Of a DNA stretch of 64,000 nucleotides, positions 1-10,842 are shown in pieces. The notes under the pieces were generated by a model that was given only the letters and a program-made list of their open reading frames with translations, searched no databases and was not told the DNA's origin. This DNA is from an uncultured Alphaproteobacteria bacterium (GTDB taxonomy: Bacteria; Pseudomonadota; Alphaproteobacteria; Sphingomonadales; Sphingomonadaceae). The number at the start of each line of letters is the position of its first letter. The first letter of the stretch is position 1. The DNA lies in the NCBI GenBank assembly GCA_963732725.1, contig CAVTAQ010000007.1:209402-273401 (forward strand), in the 5' to 3' direction. Made by a program: the position numbers and the translations under genes.

Positions 1-73
1 GTCCCCTTGCGCGGTTGACCCGGCGTCCGGCAAATGCACATAGTGTCGCAAGGGGCAAAAGCCCTGCCGGGAG

Positions 74-545
74 ATGGATATGAAGATTGCGACAGCAACT
101 GCCACAAGTGACAGCATCGGACCGCTGACCCGGCGCGCTTACGCCTTTGTCGAGGCCCAGGGTAAGGCGTTGGCCGCAGGCATAACCAAACCGTCAGATT
201 GGGACCCGCTAACCGAATTCATCGACCCGGTGAGATTCAAGCGAATCGGAGCCTATCTCGAAGAGCTGGACTGGCCGCAGTATCAGCAGTTCCTCACCAA
301 CTGGGCCGCTGGCGGAACCAAGTTCGAATTCACCGAATTCATGATCAGCGAAGTGGGCAATTCGGTGTTCCAGGAAATCGAGGAACGCCACACTCGCGGC
401 GACCAGTTCATCCGCAAGAACGTCCTTGCTGTCTATCGTTTCGACAGGGAACCAGCGGATTGTTCACCTCGATATCTATGAGCAGGCGAAGGATTCCGGG
501 CAATGGATCATCGAAGCTGCCGGCAAGGCGATGGCTGGGGACTGA
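74..545 (+). CDS. Hypothetical SnoaL/NTF2-like protein with a +1 frameshift near 447
   Basis: ORF 74..481; removing one G from 'gacaggga' restores ...FDRNQRIVHLDIYEQAKDSG...MAGD* ending at TGA 543-545, an NTF2-like C-terminal strand. Confidence 0.55.
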
Positions 546-640
546 TGTCGCGCAAGGCTCTGCACTGCGCCTGCTGAAGAGCGGACCTTGAAACGTTAGC
601 GGCGATCACGGTGTCGTGATTTGCCGCCTTGGAGACGGCA

Positions 641-1861
641 ATGCCATCAATCGCCGAACTCGATCTCGAACAGCTGCCCATCTCCACTCCGGAATTCGGC
701 ATGGATCCGATGCCGTGGTTCGCCAGGGCCCGGGCCAAGCATGAATGGCTGGCGGGGAGCGACATCGGCTATGTCGTGACGGGCTACCACGCGATCGACG
801 CGATCATGCGGCTGGACGACAAACTGACCATGCCTGGCGAGGAAATCGTCGATATCATGGGTGCGCGGGGCACTGGCTGGGGTGATTTTGCCATCGAGCA
901 AATGCTGGTCAGCTTCGGCGAGCGCCACACCCGTTTGCGCGGCAGCGCCGGCACCGCTTTCGGTCCCGGCAGTGTCAAACGGCTGCGACCGGTCATGCAG
1001 CAGACCGTGCGGGACATTCTCGATGAATGGGCCCCCAAGGGCAGCTTCGATTTCACCGCCTTTGCCGCGCAGTTCCCCGTGCGGGTGATGTTCGCCCTGC
1101 TCGGCACGTCGACCGAGCGATTGCCCGAGATCATGAAATATCTCGAAATCCACGGCGAGAGCTTCAATCTCGAAGTCGAAAAAATGGATGTGATCGAGCA
1201 TGGCTACCAGACGCTGTGGAGCTTCGTCGACGGACTCGTAGCCGAACGAGGACCTGACGGCAGCAAGGGCGACCTGCTGGACACCATGATCGCTGCCAAT
1301 CTCAAGGGCCAGATCAACGACAAGGAACTGCGGCAACTGCTGATCCTGATGTTCGCTGCCGGCTACGATACCACCAAGAACCTGTTGATCCTGCTGATGC
1401 GATCGCTGCTCGATCATCCGGACATTTACCGGCGCTGCGGCGAGGATTTCGAATATGCCCGGAAAGTCGTGAAGGAACAGCTGCGCTTCGCCACGCCTTC
1501 CAACACCATGCGGATGGTAACCGAAGGCTTCACCCACCGCGATGTCGATATCCCGGCGGGCACCATGCTGATTTTCCCGCTCACGCTGTCCGGCCGCGAC
1601 CCGGCGGTGTTCAGCAATGCTGACCGCTTCGATCCCGACCGTCCGGAAAAGAACCCCAACCAGGCCTTCGGCCGCGGCATGCACATGTGCCTCGGCCAGT
1701 TTCTCGCTGTCGCCAATGTCGAGGAAGGTATCCACCTGATCGCACAGCGCATCGCCAATCCGAAACTGGCGGGCGAGGTGGCATGGAAGCCCTTTCCGGG
1801 CGTCTGGGGCATAACCAGCCTGCCGATCACTTTCGACCAGCCACAAGCCGCAGCGGGCTGA
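641..1861 (+). CDS. Cytochrome P450
   Basis: Heme motif FGRGMHMCLG, I-helix AGYDTT, ExxR (EQLR); GGAG upstream of ATG 641. Confidence 0.95.
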   Translation: MPSIAELDLEQLPISTPEFGMDPMPWFARARAKHEWLAGSDIGYVVTGYHAIDAIMRLDDKLTMPGEEIVDIMGARGTGWGDFAIEQMLVSFGERHTRLRGSAGTAFGPGSVKRLRPVMQQTVRDILDEWAPKGSFDFTAFAAQFPVRVMFALLGTSTERLPEIMKYLEIHGESFNLEVEKMDVIEHGYQTLWSFVDGLVAERGPDGSKGDLLDTMIAANLKGQINDKELRQLLILMFAAGYDTTKNLLILLMRSLLDHPDIYRRCGEDFEYARKVVKEQLRFATPSNTMRMVTEGFTHRDVDIPAGTMLIFPLTLSGRDPAVFSNADRFDPDRPEKNPNQAFGRGMHMCLGQFLAVANVEEGIHLIAQRIANPKLAGEVAWKPFPGVWGITSLPITFDQPQAAAG

Positions 1862-1934
1862 CCTGAAAATCATCATGAGAAACGCAAATCGTGCCGGTTG
1901 GCGATTCTCCAAATTTCTGGTTTTATTGGAGAAG

Positions 1935-2011
1935 TGGTAGCGGAGGAGGGACTCGAACCCCCGACACGCGGATTATGATTCCGCTGCTCTAACCGGCTGA
2001 GCTACTCCGCC
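1935..2011 (-). tRNA. tRNA-Met (CAT), probably elongator
   Basis: Reverse complement GGCGGAGTAGCTCAGCCGGTTAGAGCAGCGGAATCATAATCCGCGTGTCGGGGGTTCGAGTCCCTCCTCCGCTACCA: cloverleaf, CAT anticodon, GTTCGA T-loop, CCA end. Confidence 0.95.
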
Positions 2012-2105
2012 TCTCCATGCGCGCCAGCAGGCGGGCAGGGGGGCGCATAGATGCATGGGCGGGCCCGGTCAACTGCCGAGATGGCCGACCGGGCCCGCCA
2101 GGCAT

Positions 2106-2660
2106 TCAGGCTGCGGCGGCCATGCCGGTTGCCGGCGCGCGAAGTGCGGCAAGCAGGCGCTCTGGCGCGGTTTCGCCGTAGGGGTCGGAATCGCTGCCCT
2201 CGTCGTTGATGCCGGGTTCCTCGAACCAGTGGGTGATGCGGTTATCGTCCAGGATCATCGCATAACGCCACGAGCGCATGCCGAAACCGAGATGGTCCTT
2301 GTCGATCAGCATGCCCATGCGGCGGGTGAAATGCCCTGAGCCATCAGGCAGCAGCTTGACGTTCTCGAGGCCGAGCTGCTTGCCCCACTGGTACATCACG
2401 AACGCATCGTTGACCGAGATGCAATAGACCTCGTCGATCCCGGCGGCCCGGAAATCGGGATAGTAGCGGTCGTAGGCCGGACATTGCTCGTTGCTGCAGG
2501 TGGGGGTGAAGGCGCCGGGCAGCGAGAATATCGCCACCTTCTTGCCGGCAAACAGCTCGCGGGTGTTCACGTCCTGCCAGCGAAAGGGATTGGGGCCGCC
2601 CAGGCTTTCGTCGCGGACGCGGGTCTTGAGGGTTACTTCGGGGATCGATCGGTTCTGCAT
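2106..2660 (-). CDS. Peroxiredoxin (Prx5/redoxin family)
   Basis: FSLPGAFTPTCS motif, VNDAFVM, GFGMRSWRY. Confidence 0.92.
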   Translation of the reverse strand: MQNRSIPEVTLKTRVRDESLGGPNPFRWQDVNTRELFAGKKVAIFSLPGAFTPTCSNEQCPAYDRYYPDFRAAGIDEVYCISVNDAFVMYQWGKQLGLENVKLLPDGSGHFTRRMGMLIDKDHLGFGMRSWRYAMILDDNRITHWFEEPGINDEGSDSDPYGETAPERLLAALRAPATGMAAAA

Positions 2661-2718
2661 GGCTATCTCCTGTCACTGGATGAGCGGCAGATAGCGGAAC
2701 TGGATAAATCGTCAAAAA

Positions 2719-2751
2719 TGGATAATCAGGATTCTTTAATCGTATTATCCA
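2719..2751. promoter_or_regulatory. AT-rich inverted repeat upstream of the peroxiredoxin (possible LysR/OxyR-type site)
   Basis: TGGATAAT-N17-ATTATCCA in the mltG-prx intergenic region; regulator identity is inference. Confidence 0.3.
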
Positions 2752-2752
2752 A

Positions 2753-3721
2753 TCAAATTTCGCCGCGCGCGCGGCGGATGGCGAACCATTTGTCGACATT
2801 GGCATTGTGCTGTTCGAGCGTCTCGGCAAAAGCGTGGCCGCCGGTGCCGTCGGCAACCATGTAGAGCGCATTGGTCTTGGCCGGATGCAGCACCGCCTCG
2901 ATCGAGGCCTTGCCCGGATTGGTGATCGGACCCCTGGGCAGGCCAAGCATCGAATAGGTGTTGTAAGCGTTGATCGCCTGGATTTCCGACTGGCGGATGC
3001 GGCGGCCAAGCGGCTTGCCCTTGGTGATCGGGTAGATGATCGTCGGATCGGCCTGCAGCATGATGCCCTGGCGCAGCCGGTTGGAATAGAGCCCGGCGAC
3101 CAGCTTGCGCTCGCTTGGTTTGCCGGTTTCCTTCTCGACGATCGAGGCAAGGATCACGGCTTCTTCGGGGGTCTTGGCGACGGTGTCCGGGCCGCGATTG
3201 GCCCAAAGCTCGGCAAGGGTGCGGCGCATCGCCGCCTGCATCCGCGCGACAACTGCCTGGCGGCTCTCACCGCGCTCGAAATCATAGCTTTCGGGCAATA
3301 CCGAGCCTTCCGGCGGCGGGGCAACTTCGCCGGTCAGGTGGGGCTGGCGCATCAACCGTTCGGCAACCATCACCGAGGGCATGCCTTCGGGCACGGTAAT
3401 AAACCGCCGCAGCACCGCATCGCCCTGGATGATCGAGAGGATTTGCGAGGGACTTGCGCCCTTTGGCAGCATGAATTCGCCCGCCCGGATCGAAGATCCT
3501 CCGCCAAACAGCCGCGCCCGCCAGCTGAATGCGCTGGCGGAGGAGATGGCCCCGGCTTTCTCCAGCCGGGCGGCGACCACCACCAGGCCGGCTCCATCGG
3601 GAACCAGGAATGCGGTATCCTTTTGCAGAGGCCCTGATCCCCACCAGCCGATCAGGGGCCAGCCGAGTGCAAGCAGCACGGCAGCGGCAATGGCGATGAC
3701 GTGCCGGCGCCGCAGGAACAT
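2753..3721 (-). CDS. mltG: Endolytic transglycosylase MltG
   Basis: LASIVEKET, LQADPT, YNTY...GLPRGPITNPG; follows fabF. Confidence 0.95.
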   Translation of the reverse strand: MFLRRRHVIAIAAAVLLALGWPLIGWWGSGPLQKDTAFLVPDGAGLVVVAARLEKAGAISSASAFSWRARLFGGGSSIRAGEFMLPKGASPSQILSIIQGDAVLRRFITVPEGMPSVMVAERLMRQPHLTGEVAPPPEGSVLPESYDFERGESRQAVVARMQAAMRRTLAELWANRGPDTVAKTPEEAVILASIVEKETGKPSERKLVAGLYSNRLRQGIMLQADPTIIYPITKGKPLGRRIRQSEIQAINAYNTYSMLGLPRGPITNPGKASIEAVLHPAKTNALYMVADGTGGHAFAETLEQHNANVDKWFAIRRARGEI

Positions 3722-4986
3722 CAGTCCAAAACCGGCCGCATCACCAGACTGGCATTGGTGCCGCCAAAACCGAAGCTGTTGTTGAGAACAGCGCGGACCT
3801 GGCGCTTCTTGGCCTTGTGCGGCACCAGATCGACGCCTTCGCAGCTGTCGCTGGGATTATCGAGATTGAGCGTCGGCGGCACGATCTGGTCGCGCATCGC
3901 AAGAATGCAGAAGATCGCCTCAACCGCGCCAGCGCCGCCAAGGAGATGGCCGATGGCGGACTTGGTCGAGCTCATCGAAACGGTTGAAATCGCATCGCCG
4001 AACAGGCGGCGCACCGCACCCAGTTCCAGCTCGTCGCCCATCGGGGTCGAAGTGCCGTGGGCATTGATATAATCGATATCCGAGGGGGAAAGGCCGCTCT
4101 TGCGCAGCGCCATTTCCATCGCGCGGAATGCACCCGATCCTTCCGGGTGCGGCGCAGTGACGTGATAGGCATCGCCCGAAAGGCCATAGCCGATCACTTC
4201 GGCATAGATCTTCGCGCCGCGCCGTTTGGCGTGTTCGTATTCCTCCAGAACCACAACGCCTGCGCCTTCGCCCATGACAAAACCGTCGCGGTCCTTGTCG
4301 TAGGGGCGGCTGGCCTTTTCGGGTTGATCGTTGAAGGCGGTCGAGAGGGCGCGTGCCTGGGCGAAACCGGCGATCCCGATCGGACAGATCGTGCCTTCGG
4401 CGCCGCCCGCCAGCATGATGTCGGCATCGTCGTCCTTGATCATCCGCGCGGCATCGCCGATCGAATGGGCGCCGGTCGAACAGGCCGTGACCACCGCGTG
4501 GTTCGGACCCATCAGGCCATATTTGATCGAAACCTGGCCCGAGATCAGATTGATCAGGCGGCCGTGGACAAAATGCGGGCTGACCCGGGAGGGGCCCTTT
4601 GCTGCCAGAACCAGCGATTCGCTTTCGATGCCTGGCAGGCCGCCGATGCCCGATCCGATCGAGCAGCCCGCGCGATAGCGCATGGCTTCGGGCATGTCGG
4701 TGAGGCCAGCGTCTTCGATAGCCTGCCCTGCGGCATCAATGCCGAAAATGATGAAGGGATCGACCTGGCGCTGCACCTTGTGATCGACCCGCTTGTTGGG
4801 ATCGAAGCCCCAGGGGTGATCGGCCGGTTTGACTTCGCAGGCGATCAGGCACTTCTGATCCGAGGCATCGAACCGCGTAATGCGCCCCGCGCCCGATTTG
4901 CCGGCAATCAGGTTGGCCCATGCCAGTTCGACTTCGGCACCCAGCGGCGTGACAAGTCCCAATCCGGTAACGACTACGCGGCGCAT
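3721..4986 (-). CDS. fabF: 3-oxoacyl-ACP synthase II
   Basis: MRRVVVTGLG, VTACSTGAH, AHGTST, NSFGFGGTN. Confidence 0.97.
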   Translation of the reverse strand: MRRVVVTGLGLVTPLGAEVELAWANLIAGKSGAGRITRFDASDQKCLIACEVKPADHPWGFDPNKRVDHKVQRQVDPFIIFGIDAAGQAIEDAGLTDMPEAMRYRAGCSIGSGIGGLPGIESESLVLAAKGPSRVSPHFVHGRLINLISGQVSIKYGLMGPNHAVVTACSTGAHSIGDAARMIKDDDADIMLAGGAEGTICPIGIAGFAQARALSTAFNDQPEKASRPYDKDRDGFVMGEGAGVVVLEEYEHAKRRGAKIYAEVIGYGLSGDAYHVTAPHPEGSGAFRAMEMALRKSGLSPSDIDYINAHGTSTPMGDELELGAVRRLFGDAISTVSMSSTKSAIGHLLGGAGAVEAIFCILAMRDQIVPPTLNLDNPSDSCEGVDLVPHKAKKRQVRAVLNNSFGFGGTNASLVMRPVLD

Positions 4987-5106
4987 GCAATTCTCCGAAA
5001 GAACAACAGGCCCAGTGCCTTGCGGACTGGGCCTGCCGATATTCTGGTCCTGCCCCTCAACAGAATCTACCCCTCGACACGCTCAGGGCCAACGGCAGGC
5101 GGGCGA

Positions 5107-5343
5107 TCAGCCCTTGTTGTCGTCGATATATTTGATCGCATCCGAGACAGTGCCGATCTTTTCGGCGGCATCATCGGGGATTTCAACGCCGAATTCTTCT
5201 TCGAAGGCCATGACCAGCTCGACGATGTCGAGACTGTCGGCACCGAGATCGTCAATGAAGCTGACGTCTTCGGTTACCTTGTCGGCTTCAACGCCGAGGT
5301 GTTCTACAACGATCTTTTTGACCCGGTCGGCGGTGTCGCTCAT
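5107..5343 (-). CDS. acpP: Acyl carrier protein
   Basis: [18 protein letters not shown]...[14 protein letters not shown]. Confidence 0.97.
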   Translation of the reverse strand: MSDTADRVKKIVVEHLGVEADKVTEDVSFIDDLGADSLDIVELVMAFEEEFGVEIPDDAAEKIGTVSDAIKYIDDNKG

Positions 5344-5464
5344 CAAAATGCCCCTTCTGAAACGGAGGATGGATAACTGGCTTGTCGCCCTAATGCGCGG
5401 GAGGCTTGCTGGCAAGTGGGGGTGTGGATTGCTGGGCCAGCAGAAGCAAAGCCCATGTTGCCAC

Positions 5465-5492
5465 AAACCCACATTTGTAATAATGTGGGTTT
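5465..5492. promoter_or_regulatory. Palindromic operator of the TA operon
   Basis: Perfect 11-bp IR AAACCCACATT-tgtaat-AATGTGGGTTT next to TTGCCA, just upstream of the antitoxin RBS. Confidence 0.7.
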
Positions 5493-5507
5493 CAACAGGA
5501 GATGACC

Positions 5508-5762
5508 ATGAGCCGTCTGACCATTGATCTGACCGACGAGCAGCACAAACACCTCAAGGCCGTTGCAGCTCTGGAGGGCAAGACCATGCGGCAGTTTGCG
5601 ACGGAGCGGCTGTTTCCGGAAAAGAATGATCAGGACGCAGCTTGGGAGGAGTTTCGAGTTCTGATGAACCGGCGCATTGATCAAGCTGAAAAGGAAGGGT
5701 ATTCCAGCAAAACCGTTACTGAAATTTTCGATGAGGTGCTGGCGCAAGACGAAGCTGCATGA
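5508..5762 (+). CDS. Type II antitoxin (RHH-like)
   Basis: [25 protein letters not shown]; ATGA overlap with the downstream toxin. Confidence 0.8.
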   Translation: MSRLTIDLTDEQHKHLKAVAALEGKTMRQFATERLFPEKNDQDAAWEEFRVLMNRRIDQAEKEGYSSKTVTEIFDEVLAQDEAA

Positions 5763-6070
5763 CGGCGGCCTATATTGTCGCACCTGCAGCGCTAGCCGAT
5801 TTGCGAGGCATTGCCAGTTACAGCCGCCGCCAATGGGGCAACGAGCAAGCAAAGCGATACCGCGATCAACTTGAACGATGCTTTGGAAAATTTGCAGAAG
5901 GCCATGGCCGGTTCAAAGATTTGGCGCATGTCGCAACAGGATTGCGAATGATGCGATGTGAGCATCATTACATCATGGGTCTCAATCGGGACGGCCAGCC
6001 AGTTGCCATAGTCGCGGTGTTCCACGAAAAGATGGATTTGATGGTGCGGATTGCCGAGCGGCTGGGTTAG
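5759..6070 (+). CDS. RelE/ParE-family toxin
   Basis: AALADLRGIASYSRRQWGNEQAKRY...HHYI...IVAVFHEKMD, typical ParE pattern. Confidence 0.88.
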   Translation: MTAAYIVAPAALADLRGIASYSRRQWGNEQAKRYRDQLERCFGKFAEGHGRFKDLAHVATGLRMMRCEHHYIMGLNRDGQPVAIVAVFHEKMDLMVRIAERLG

Positions 6071-6092
6071 GCGAATCACCGTTTCGAACTCT

Positions 6093-6760
6093 TCACCAAT
6101 CCAGAAAACCACCGTCGTAATTCCAGAACTTGCCAGTCTGATTTATAGTCAGCCGGTCAAGGACCGACTTCACGCCCCTGGCGCTCTCAATTGGCGAAAT
6201 GTCTGCCCCAGGGCCGCCCATCTCAGTTCTGCTCCAGCCAGGGTGAATTGCTGCGACGGCAATCCCCTCTTCGGCAAGATCGGTGGCCAAAGCCTGAGCA
6301 ACCTTGTTCGCCGCCGCCTTGGACGCGCGATAGGCGACCCGGTCCGATTTAGCGTAGCTCATCGATCCCATGCGGCTTGTCAGGATGCCTACTTTGGCTT
6401 CTGTCCGAGCCTCAGATTTGGCAACAATGCCTGTGTAACCCGCAAAGGACCGAGCGTGTTGATATTGAGTGCCTCGGCAAACCCGGAAAAGTCCATGTCC
6501 AGGGTTGTCTGGCGCGTCGGCCCGATGACGCCCGCGTTGTTGATAAGCAGGCTGACAGAGACTCCGCGCAGCCCACTCGCGAAATTTGCGACAGACGCAT
6601 CGCTGGCGACATCGAGTTTCCGGACCTCAACATTTCCCGGCAACTTTGGGTTCGGGTGTGTCCTAACCCCTAGCATTACGGCCTGCCCATCCGCCGCGTA
6701 GTGCTTAGCCAGCTCCCAGCCGATGCCCCTGTTGCCTCCGGTGATCACAACGAGCGACAT
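6093..6760 (-). CDS. SDR oxidoreductase (CsgA/C-factor-like), frameshifted at about 6390
   Basis: TGGNRGIG and NNAG in one frame, YRASK and HPGW in another; one missing A in 'cca aag ta' restores [11 protein letters not shown]. Confidence 0.8.
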
Positions 6761-8583
6761 TGCGGATGCTGTCCTTTCAGGGTATCAGACCTTCTCGGCC
6801 TAACCTTTGGTCTCTGCTCCACCAGCCTGATATTCAGCTCGCGCAGCTGTTTGGCCGAAACCACGCCCGGCGCGCCCATCATCAGGTCTTCGGCCTTCTG
6901 GTTCATCGGGAATACCACGACCTCGCGGATGTTGGGCTCGTCAGCCAGCAGCATGACGATGCGGTCGACCCCCGGCGCGGAGCCGCCGTGCGGGGGCGCG
7001 CCGTATTTGAAGGCGTTGATCATGCCGGCGAAATTCGTATCCACGTCCTCGCGGGTATAGCCTGCGATTTCGAACGCCTTGTACATGATGTCCGGCCGGT
7101 GGTTCCGGATCGCGCCGCTCGACAGTTCCACGCCATTGCAGACGATGTCGTATTGCCAGGCCTTGATCTCCAGCGGGTCCATCGTTTCCAGCGCTTCGAG
7201 CTCGCCCTGCGGCATCGAAAAGGGGTTGTGGCTGAAATCGACCTTCTTGGCGTCTTCGTCATATTCGAACATCGGGAAATCGACGATCCAGCAGAACTTG
7301 AATTCGCCGTCTGCAATCAGCCCCAGCTGTTCGCCGACCCGCGTGCGCGCCGCGCCTGCCAGCTTGGCTGCCTGCAGTTCCTTGCCCGCCGCAAAGAAGC
7401 AGCCGTCATCAGGGCCGAGGCCCATCGCCTCATAGAGCGCCAGCATGCCCGCTTCGCCGTGGTTCTTGGCGATCGGTCCGCCGAATTCGCCGCCCTTGCG
7501 GGTGACATAGCCAAGGCCCGCGTGGCCTTCGCCGCGCGCCCATTCGTTCATGTCGTCGAAGAATTTGCGGCTCTTTTCAGCGGTCGAGGGCGCCGGGATG
7601 GCGCGGACAGAGCCTCCGCCGCCAACGATCTTTTCGAACAGGCCAAAGCCCGAAGTCTCGAAGTGGCTGCCGACGTCATGGATGATGATCGGATTGCGCA
7701 GGTCCGGCTTGTCGGAGCCGTATTTCAGCATCGATTCGGCAAAGGGAATGCGCGGAAAGCTGCCGGCCGGGGTTACCGACCTGCCGTTCGCAAACTCCTC
7801 GAACACGCCCGCCAGGACCGGCTCGATGGCGCCAAACACATCATCCTGCGTTACATAGCTCATCTCGAAATCGAGCTGGTAGAATTCGCCCGGGCTGCGG
7901 TCGGCGCGGGCATCTTCGTCGCGGAAGCAGGGGGCGATCTGGAAGTACTTGTCGAAACCGGCGACCATCAGCAGCTGCTTGAACATCTGCGGCGCCTGGG
8001 GGAGGGCATAGAACTTGCCCGGATGGACCCGGCTGGGCACCAGATAGTCGCGCGCGCCTTCGGGGCTCGATGCGGTGAGGATCGGCGTCTGGATCTCGTT
8101 GAAACCCTGGGCCACCATGCGGCTGCGCAGGCTGGAAATCACTTTGCTGCGCAGCATCATGTTGGCGTGCACCTTCTCGCGGCGCAGGTCGAGGAAGCGG
8201 TATTTGAGGCGGATGTCCTCGGGATATTCCTGCTCGCCCGCCACCGGCATCGGCAGCTCATCAGCGCGCGACTGGACCGTGGCACCGCGCGCATAGACCT
8301 CGATCTCACCGGTCGCGAGATTGGCGTTGACCGTTGCCCCATCGCGCGCCTTGACCTCGCCGTCGATGGTGACGACGCTTTCGACTCTCAGGCCCTCCAG
8401 CAGCGCCAGTGCCGGGCTGTCGGCGTCGGCGACGATTTGCGTCAGGCCATAATGATCGCGCAGATCGACGAACAGCACCCCGCCATGATCGCGCTTGCGG
8501 TGGATCCAGCCGGAAAGGCGGACGGCCTGTCCGACCGCGTCGGCATTGAGTTCTCCGCAGGTGTGTGAGCGATAGGGGTGCAT
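6745..8583 (-). CDS. aspS: Aspartate-tRNA ligase
   Basis: [27 protein letters not shown]; C-terminal tail possibly extended by an indel. Confidence 0.97.
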   Translation of the reverse strand: MHPYRSHTCGELNADAVGQAVRLSGWIHRKRDHGGVLFVDLRDHYGLTQIVADADSPALALLEGLRVESVVTIDGEVKARDGATVNANLATGEIEVYARGATVQSRADELPMPVAGEQEYPEDIRLKYRFLDLRREKVHANMMLRSKVISSLRSRMVAQGFNEIQTPILTASSPEGARDYLVPSRVHPGKFYALPQAPQMFKQLLMVAGFDKYFQIAPCFRDEDARADRSPGEFYQLDFEMSYVTQDDVFGAIEPVLAGVFEEFANGRSVTPAGSFPRIPFAESMLKYGSDKPDLRNPIIIHDVGSHFETSGFGLFEKIVGGGGSVRAIPAPSTAEKSRKFFDDMNEWARGEGHAGLGYVTRKGGEFGGPIAKNHGEAGMLALYEAMGLGPDDGCFFAAGKELQAAKLAGAARTRVGEQLGLIADGEFKFCWIVDFPMFEYDEDAKKVDFSHNPFSMPQGELEALETMDPLEIKAWQYDIVCNGVELSSGAIRNHRPDIMYKAFEIAGYTREDVDTNFAGMINAFKYGAPPHGGSAPGVDRIVMLLADEPNIREVVVFPMNQKAEDLMMGAPGVVSAKQLRELNIRLVEQRPKVRPRRSDTLKGQHPQCRSL

Positions 8584-8700
8584 AGTCTCTTTCCAATCGT
8601 CTGCCAATAAGGCAGGGGAGAGCGGCGGCTAACAGGCGATGGCCGCGGTTTTGTCAAGCCGAGGGTCCGCATGGGCCCGCCCTATGCAAGAAAAGTCGCA

Positions 8701-9912
8701 ATGAAAATTCACCCCCTGATTACCGACAGCGCTTCGCTCGCCGAGCTGTGTTCCCGCCTCGCAAAGGCCGATTTCATCACGGTCGATACCGAGTTCATGC
8801 GTGAGAACACCTATTGGCCGGAATTGTGCCTGATCCAGATCGCCGACAGCGAAGAAGCCGCCGCAATCGATCCGATGGCCCCGGGGATCGACATGGCCCC
8901 GCTATACGATCTGCTCACCGACAATGAAGAAGTGCTCAAGGTCTTTCATGCCGGCGGGCAGGACGTCGAGATCATCTACAATCTCACCGGCCGCACCCCG
9001 CATCCGATATTCGACACCCAGATCGCGACAATGGCAATCAGCCAGTCCGAACAGATAGGCTATTCGAACCTGGTGGAATCATGGCTCGGCATTCCGGTCG
9101 ACAAAGGCGCGCGCTTTACCGACTGGTCGCGCAGGCCGCTCAGCGAACGGCAGATCGAATATGCCATTGGCGACGTCACCCACCTTTCCAAGATATTTCC
9201 CAAGATCCTCAACCGGTTGCGCAAGACCGGGCGGGGCGAATGGCTTGATGCCGAAATGGAAAAGCTCGCCGATCCGGAAAACTACCGCAACGATCCGGCG
9301 AAGGCGTGGCTGCGGATCAAGGCGGCGGGGCGCAACCCGGGAGTGCTCGGGCGGCTCAAGGCGATTGCCGAATGGCGCGAACTGGAGGCGCAGGACAAGA
9401 ATATCCCGCGCGGCCGGATCGCCCGCGACGAAACCCTTGCCGATCTGGCCAGCCATCCGCCCAAACAGCAGGCCGACCTCGCCAAGGTGCGCGGCCTGTC
9501 GGCGGGCTGGAGGGACAACGAGATCGGCCGGCGGCTGATGGCGGCGATTGATCGCGCGATGCCGCTTGCCGATAACGAGCTGCCCCCGCGCGCGCCGCGA
9601 GGGGCACCGCTGGGCAAGGAAGGGGCGCTGGTCGCCGACCTGCTCAAGCTGCTGCTCAAGATACGCTGCCGGGAAATCGATGCAGCCGCGCGGCTGATCG
9701 CCAGGAGCGACGAGCTGGAGCTGCTGGCGGCAGGTGTCCGCAAGGATCTGCCGATCCTGCAGGGCTGGCGATACAAGACGTTCGGTCACGATGCGCTCGA
9801 TCTGGTCGAGGGCAAGCTGGCGTTTGCCGTGGTTGGCGGCAAGCTGAAGATGACCCATGTGGACGATGTGGCGGCAGAGGCGGCTGTCAATGTCGTGGAT
9901 GTGGCCGATTAG
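8701..9912 (+). CDS. rnd: Ribonuclease D
   Basis: VDTEFMRENTYWPELCLIQ, TDWSRRPL, HRDC-like C-terminus. Confidence 0.95.
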   Translation: MKIHPLITDSASLAELCSRLAKADFITVDTEFMRENTYWPELCLIQIADSEEAAAIDPMAPGIDMAPLYDLLTDNEEVLKVFHAGGQDVEIIYNLTGRTPHPIFDTQIATMAISQSEQIGYSNLVESWLGIPVDKGARFTDWSRRPLSERQIEYAIGDVTHLSKIFPKILNRLRKTGRGEWLDAEMEKLADPENYRNDPAKAWLRIKAAGRNPGVLGRLKAIAEWRELEAQDKNIPRGRIARDETLADLASHPPKQQADLAKVRGLSAGWRDNEIGRRLMAAIDRAMPLADNELPPRAPRGAPLGKEGALVADLLKLLLKIRCREIDAAARLIARSDELELLAAGVRKDLPILQGWRYKTFGHDALDLVEGKLAFAVVGGKLKMTHVDDVAAEAAVNVVDVAD

Positions 9913-10024
9913 TCAGGTTCGGCCAATGAGCGCCTTCCCTTAACTCACCGCCCATTCCTGCCGTTATCTTTTGCAAGGTCTACGCGAACTTCTCGTGTCG
10001 GCCAAGCAGTCGAAGGGTATCGCC

Positions 10025-10381
10025 ATGAGCGCAAGTGCACGCAATTTCCGTCGTTCCGAACGGCTTGGTCTGGTCCTGCCCGCGCGCTGCCGCTCGCGCA
10101 GCGGTTTTGTCGACCGGGTGGTGATCGCTGATCTTTCTTGCCACGGCTGCCGTATCGAAAGCTTTGCGCTGACCATGCATCAAGGCGATCTGGTGGTGAT
10201 TACCCCGCATTCGCTCGAAGGAATCTGTGGCACCGTGCGCTGGGTTTCGGGGAATTCCGCCGGGATCGAATTCGCTTCGCCGCTCTATGCGCCGGTGGTT
10301 GAGCATCTTGGCCGCCAGTACCGGAATTTCCTGCCGCCCGCTACCATGGATTGCGCCAGAATGCTGCGGATGGCGGCCTGA
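10025..10381 (+). CDS. PilZ domain protein
   Basis: RRSER (RxxxR) and DLSCHG (DxSxxG) c-di-GMP motifs; GIEF. Confidence 0.8.
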   Translation: MSASARNFRRSERLGLVLPARCRSRSGFVDRVVIADLSCHGCRIESFALTMHQGDLVVITPHSLEGICGTVRWVSGNSAGIEFASPLYAPVVEHLGRQYRNFLPPATMDCARMLRMAA

Positions 10382-10554
10382 CAATGGCTGGCACTCTTGT
10401 CAACTGAGTGCTGAAGTATCTGCAATATTTGGTAAATCTTTGAATGCTAGGTTGACGTTTGATCGAAGTGGCTAAACACTGCGGTCCGATAACGGTGTCA
10501 GGGAGAGCTGCCGGGACAGGAAATGTGTAACCCCCGAAAGGGAGATGTGCGCTT

Positions 10555-10827
10555 ATGAATGTCGATCCCGATTTTGCCAGGCAGGTCGAAGGCTTCAGCC
10601 TGGCGACCGTTGAAATCCACTATTACCTTCCCGATCATCCTTCCTTGCTGCAGCAATTCGTCTGGCAGCAATATGACATGGCTCCCGGCTTCCCGGCGCT
10701 GGCGCGGTTCCTGGATCACTGGCGGCGCGAGATCGAGGCTCCCTTGCATTCGATCCGGGTGGCGCACCAGCAACTGCTCGGGCCGACAGAATGGCGCGCC
10801 ATTGATGGTGTGATCACGATTCAGTGA
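10555..10827 (+). CDS. usg: Usg family protein
   Basis: TVEIHYYLPDHPSLLQQFVWQQYDMAP...FLDHWRREIEAPLHSIRVAH. Confidence 0.88.
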   Translation: MNVDPDFARQVEGFSLATVEIHYYLPDHPSLLQQFVWQQYDMAPGFPALARFLDHWRREIEAPLHSIRVAHQQLLGPTEWRAIDGVITIQ

Positions 10828-10842
10828 AAGCCCGATTCCGGT

